Below, one piece after another: positions 59,729 through 64,000 of a stretch of DNA of 64,000 bases. Each line of letters begins with the position of its first letter. Position 1 is the first letter of the stretch. This stretch comes from Bacteroidota bacterium (GTDB taxonomy: Bacteria; Bacteroidota; Bacteroidia; JABEUT01). The position numbers were made by a program, and so were the translations under genes. The stretch lies in NCBI GenBank assembly GCA_013288345.1, contig JABDCA010000002.1, forward strand, positions 49,686 to 113,685. Reading direction: 5' to 3'. A model generated the notes under the pieces. That model ran no database searches, had not been told where the DNA came from, and was given only the letters and a program-made list of their open reading frames with translations.

Positions 59729-62716
59729 ATGAAAATTTCAAAGTATAGATTGTCCTCAATAGTAAAAGGTGTATCTATTATAATTTTCCTACTGTTTTTA
59801 TCGTTGCAGTCTTTTGCACAGCAGTTCAACTTCCTCCATTTAGGCGAGGCATCTTCCTCTCAGTGTTACTGCGTATTGCAAGATAGTAAGGGGTATATAT
59901 GGTTTAGTTCAGAAAAAGGACTTTATCGATATGATGGCAATGCCTATAAGTGTTTTAATAACGACAATGGATTATTGCATAATAGTGTGTTTCAGTTATT
60001 TGAAGATCATCAGGGCCGCATACTTTTTAATACTCTGCAAGGTACTGTTGGATATGTTTATCATGATTCGGTTGTTTATCCCAAGCTTAATCAGAAGCTT
60101 GAATTGTTGTTGCACCATGGCTCTTATATTATTTATAGCCTGTATGTAGACGATAGTGGCGTATTATGGATACCCACTTACCATGGCCTTTACAGAACAG
60201 TTAATCCTGATGATTATTCAGATGCAGAGTTTGTAAAGCCAAATGATGCTGACTCATCGCATGTAGTGTTAAAGGTAATAGATGGAAAAAAAACTATATA
60301 TGCATTAAACGACGCAAAATTTAAACAGAATAATAAAGGTATACGATTCCATGTGTCGGTGAACAATGGTGCAAAGAGTTTTACTATACCTTATTTTATT
60401 GATTTAAAGGGCGAGAGCGCTTCGCAGTTCAGCACCCTTTTGCTTAACAATGGCAATTTATTATGGGGCAATATTGATAAACTGTACATCATTCAACCCA
60501 ATGGCCAATACACTATTAAAAGCTTTGATGGAAAAATAGTTAATATGTACCAGGATAAAAGTGGAGGTGTGTGGTTTGGCCTTCTGAATAAAGGCCTGAC
60601 TTATTATAAAGATGCCTCATTAACTGGAACTCCTTTAGTTTCTTTACAAGGTATTTCGGTGTCGGGTATAATAGAAGATAAGGAGAATGGTATTTGGGTA
60701 AGTACGCTTGAAAAAGGAGTTTTTCATGCCAATTCAAAATACGTTATTGATTACAGTAATAAGGATGGGTTAAATGATAAAGTTGGTGCCATAGCGATAA
60801 TCAATAACAAATTACTGGTAAATAATCATAAAGATTTTGTATCAGTAGTCAGCGATACCGGAATAGTAAAGATAGTGCCATCTGATAGTTGCAAAATAGA
60901 GTTTGTTTCAGCATATAATCAGATTAATGATAAGCTATTTATAACCGGAATGCCCTATGTTTTACAAACAGATACTGTACTTAAAAAGTGGAGGATTGTA
61001 TATCAGACAAAAAGCCATTTAAGAGCCTATATGAATGAAATATCAATATCGCCTCAGGATAAAATTTATGGAGTTTCCTATACATACCTTTGGTCTACAG
61101 TAAAAGACTCAGCAGACACTATAAGTAAACTACCTGCCCGTGGCCGATGCATTTTTATTTCTAAATCTGGCGAAATATTCATAGGAACTACCAAAGGGTT
61201 ATATAAGTATGTAAATAATGGATATATAAACATAAGCCCGAAAAGTGATTTGTCGTTCGAGAATGGACAGAAATTTGGTGAAGACAAAAATGGAAATATT
61301 TGGGTAACTACATATGGTAATGGAATATACATATATAGCAATGATAAAATAGTAAGGACAATTTCGACAAAAGATGGCCTCGCTTCAAATTATGTTAAAG
61401 CCATTGTGTTTGATAATGCGGGCAATGCATGGGCCGGTACAGATAATGGTATAAGTAAAATATCTTCAATAAATAATTATTCTGTTCAAAATTTTGATGT
61501 GCGACATGGATTAACTTCTAACCAAATACTAAGTCTCGCTATTAATGGCAATAAATTGTGGGTGGGTACCGATGCAGGTCTTTGTCTTATAAATGCAGAC
61601 CAACTAAAAAGCAATAACACCGACCCCCCTGTATATATAAAGGCCATATATGTAAACGATAGCCTTATAGAACACCAAGAGAGGTTTCCGTATAACTATA
61701 ACAACTTCAGGTTTAAATTACAGGGATTAACATTTAAGGATAATAAATCTCGTTTTAAATATCGCCTTATTGGTTCCGATACTAATTGGACTATTTCTGA
61801 GTCTCCCGATGTAATTATTACCAATATTCTACCCGGAAACTATTCATTCGAAGTAAAGGCAATCAATGCCGATGGACTTGCTTCTGATAAGCCGGCAACT
61901 TTTTTGTTTACTGTGCTAAACCCTTTTTGGCGGACATGGTGGTTTATTCTGATTGAGATTTTACTTGTGGGAGGGCTCATAACGTTCTTTATTAGGTTGC
62001 GGTTAAACGTAATTAAGAAAAAAGAAGAAGAAAAAACAGGGATTAATAAAATGATAACTGAATACCAGATGACTGCCCTTCGTGCACAAATGAACCCGCA
62101 TTTTGTATTCAATGCAATAAATTCAATACAAGATTTTGTACTTGGTAATGATCCTCAGAAGGCATACGATTACCTCACAAGTTTTGCTAAACTTATTCGC
62201 ATGGTATTAAATAATGCAAAAGAAAAATCTATTTCGCTCGAAACTGAGCTTGAAACACTGGATATTTATATAAAGCTTGAGCAGCTTAGGTTTAGTAATA
62301 CGTTTGATTTTGTGCTTGAAGTGGATGAATGTATCGATCAATATACTGTTCAACTGCCTGCAATGATAATACAGCCTTATATTGAAAACGCAATATGGCA
62401 TGGGCTTATGCCACTTGGCGATTTGCGTAAAGGGGTGCTTAAATTAAGTATAAAGCAGAATGCAGATGAGTTGAGAATAAATGTTGAAGACAATGGCGTT
62501 GGATTTGCAAATATGGCCGGAAGTATAAAAACGAAAGGACATAAATCAATTGGCATGGATTTGACTGTGCAGCGTTTAGGTATACTTAAAAACCTTCCCG
62601 AATATGCTTCTTCCTCGGTTACACTATACCATTTAAAAGATGAAAACGAAAATAACACGGGCACACGTGTTGAAATAAAAATCATTAATAAACCAATTGA
62701 GTATGGAAATTCTTAA
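59729..62716 (+). CDS. Sensor histidine kinase with periplasmic two-component-regulator propeller + Y_Y_Y domain and a LytS-type His_kinase/HATPase core
   Basis: Signal peptide, beta-propeller repeats, NYSFEVKA (Y_Y_Y), TM helix WWFILIEILLVGGLITFFI, and MNPHFVFNAINSIQ (PF06580-type H box). Confidence 0.85.
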   Translation: MKISKYRLSSIVKGVSIIIFLLFLSLQSFAQQFNFLHLGEASSSQCYCVLQDSKGYIWFSSEKGLYRYDGNAYKCFNNDNGLLHNSVFQLFEDHQGRILFNTLQGTVGYVYHDSVVYPKLNQKLELLLHHGSYIIYSLYVDDSGVLWIPTYHGLYRTVNPDDYSDAEFVKPNDADSSHVVLKVIDGKKTIYALNDAKFKQNNKGIRFHVSVNNGAKSFTIPYFIDLKGESASQFSTLLLNNGNLLWGNIDKLYIIQPNGQYTIKSFDGKIVNMYQDKSGGVWFGLLNKGLTYYKDASLTGTPLVSLQGISVSGIIEDKENGIWVSTLEKGVFHANSKYVIDYSNKDGLNDKVGAIAIINNKLLVNNHKDFVSVVSDTGIVKIVPSDSCKIEFVSAYNQINDKLFITGMPYVLQTDTVLKKWRIVYQTKSHLRAYMNEISISPQDKIYGVSYTYLWSTVKDSADTISKLPARGRCIFISKSGEIFIGTTKGLYKYVNNGYINISPKSDLSFENGQKFGEDKNGNIWVTTYGNGIYIYSNDKIVRTISTKDGLASNYVKAIVFDNAGNAWAGTDNGISKISSINNYSVQNFDVRHGLTSNQILSLAINGNKLWVGTDAGLCLINADQLKSNNTDPPVYIKAIYVNDSLIEHQERFPYNYNNFRFKLQGLTFKDNKSRFKYRLIGSDTNWTISESPDVIITNILPGNYSFEVKAINADGLASDKPATFLFTVLNPFWRTWWFILIEILLVGGLITFFIRLRLNVIKKKEEEKTGINKMITEYQMTALRAQMNPHFVFNAINSIQDFVLGNDPQKAYDYLTSFAKLIRMVLNNAKEKSISLETELETLDIYIKLEQLRFSNTFDFVLEVDECIDQYTVQLPAMIIQPYIENAIWHGLMPLGDLRKGVLKLSIKQNADELRINVEDNGVGFANMAGSIKTKGHKSIGMDLTVQRLGILKNLPEYASSSVTLYHLKDENENNTGTRVEIKIINKPIEYGNS

Positions 62717-63458
62717 TGCTATTATAGTAGATGATGAAGATAGGAGCCGTAGAGTATTGCGCAAATTACTTGCAGGTTTTTGCCCTGAGGTTAAGATAGT
62801 TGGTGAAGCTAAAAATATTGATGAGGCATATGTTGTTATAAATAATGTAAAGCCGCAACTTGTTTTTTTAGATGTGCAAATGCCAACGGGCAATGGCTTT
62901 GCACTACTTGAGAAATTTAAAGAAGTATCATTTGACGTTATTTTTGTTACCAGTTTTGACCAATATGCAATAAGTGCAATAAAATTTTCAGCACTCGATT
63001 ATTTACTTAAGCCGGTTGAAACAATTGAGCTGAGAAGTGCAGTTGACAGAGCATTAAATAAGTCGAAGATTTATGCGGATAGACAGGTTCAGATTATTAA
63101 CCTTTTAAATAATATTGACCCTGAAGTTAAAGAGAAGCGCATTAGTGTTCATAAAAATGAAAGTGTAGTATTTATAAGCCTCAGTAATATTGTTCACATT
63201 GAAGCAGACGACCGCTATTCTTTGATTAAAACCCTTCAAAACGAGACTTACACATTGGCTAAAACCTTAAAGGAATTTGAAGGATTTTTGTGTAACGAAA
63301 GGTTATTTATCCGTATTAGCAGAAGCTTAATAGTAAATATTGCGCATGTTAAGTCATATACAAAGGATGAGCCCTGCATGATTACGATGAGCGATGGAAT
63401 GGTTTTTGAGGCTCCACGTCGTAAAAAGCAAGAGATATTAAAAATGTTAAAGAAATAA
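62703..63458 (+). CDS. LytTR-family response regulator
   Basis: Receiver domain (IIVDDE...LDVQMP) and a C-terminal LytTR DNA-binding domain. It overlaps the kinase gene's 3' end. Confidence 0.85.
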   Translation: MEILNAIIVDDEDRSRRVLRKLLAGFCPEVKIVGEAKNIDEAYVVINNVKPQLVFLDVQMPTGNGFALLEKFKEVSFDVIFVTSFDQYAISAIKFSALDYLLKPVETIELRSAVDRALNKSKIYADRQVQIINLLNNIDPEVKEKRISVHKNESVVFISLSNIVHIEADDRYSLIKTLQNETYTLAKTLKEFEGFLCNERLFIRISRSLIVNIAHVKSYTKDEPCMITMSDGMVFEAPRRKKQEILKMLKK

Positions 63459-63656
63459 AGGGAATCAACTACCCAGGAGTATATATGTCTTGATTATAGG
63501 TAAATTAATAGGAATAGAAGCCGAATCTCTCCGTAGGCACATCCTTATAAGATAATGCCAGATTGAAATTCCTTATCTTTTGGTGATTATTGCTGAAAAA
63601 TTGGATAAAGTGCATAATCTGTTCATAAAAAGCTTCAATAATTGCTGAAAACTTGC

Positions 63657-63664
63657 TACATTTG
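63657..63664 (+). promoter_or_regulatory. Candidate -7 box TACATTTG, identical to the one ahead of the SAM riboswitch
   Basis: TAnnTTTG consensus 6 nt before the ATG at 63670, which implies a very short or leaderless transcript. Confidence 0.25.
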
Positions 63665-63669
63665 CACAA

Positions 63670-64000
63670 ATGAGGAAAAGCTATATTTCTATCTGTCTCG
63701 TTTTAGCAATTACAATACTTCCTGTATTTGTAAAGGCTCAGTATTTTTTTAAACGTAATGGTGCCCATAATGAATGGGTTTTTGGTGTTGGCCCATCTCA
63801 GTTTTTAGGAGATGTGGGTGGTTCGCCTTCTATAGGTACTCACTTTTTGCAAGATTTTAACCCGCAAGCTATTCGCTATGGTGGCTTTGTAGGCTACCGC
63901 TATTTTTTTAACCCCGACCTTGCCGTAAGGGCTAATTTTACGGGTGGTATGTTATCGGGTAATGATTCATACAGCAGTGAAATTTACAGGCACAACAGGA
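63670..64000 (+). CDS. N-terminal part of an outer-membrane beta-barrel protein; continues past the window
   Basis: I translated it manually with no stop to the window end: MRKSYISICLVLAITILPVFVKAQ signal peptide, then a Gly/aromatic-rich strand pattern. Confidence 0.45.
   Translation, partial: MRKSYISICLVLAITILPVFVKAQYFFKRNGAHNEWVFGVGPSQFLGDVGGSPSIGTHFLQDFNPQAIRYGGFVGYRYFFNPDLAVRANFTGGMLSGNDSYSSEIYRHNR

Overview
This window looks like a chromosomal segment of a Bacteroidetes genome, probably Sphingobacteriia/Chitinophagia-like. The evidence is two proteins ending in T9SS C-terminal sorting domains (one with SprB repeats), CarboxypepD_reg-type TonB-dependent receptors paired with DUF4249, TAnnTTTG-type -7 promoter boxes, and a GC content I estimate by eye at about 40%. 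Most genes are core housekeeping: enolase, citrate synthase, GluRS, FtsK, FolP-CdaA, FolB, PyrE, RbfA, a LolE-like permease and two tRNA-Leu genes. I found no CRISPR array, integrase, transposase or recognisable defence island. The features worth a second look are these. (1) A dispersed family of inverted arrays of CACAGAK heptamers. One copy exactly brackets a GxxExxY (PD-(D/E)XK-like) gene inserted between gltX and folB, and two copies are 'empty'. (2) A well-conserved TPP riboswitch in front of a TonB-dependent receptor, and a SAM-I riboswitch in front of a metX-hom gene fusion followed by osmC and metY. (3) Nested perfect palindromes in two convergent gene gaps that share GCTTTAGC/CCCTAAAGGG hairpins. 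(4) Short 7-8-nt tandem repeat blocks reused in two 5' regions. (5) A GH3 (NagZ-like) fusion to a serine beta-lactamase-like domain. (6) An AT-rich lipoprotein islet and several small or orphan ORFs, including a 52-aa Cys-motif membrane protein missing from the ORF track. I could not run homology searches, so every product call rests on motifs visible in the translations.
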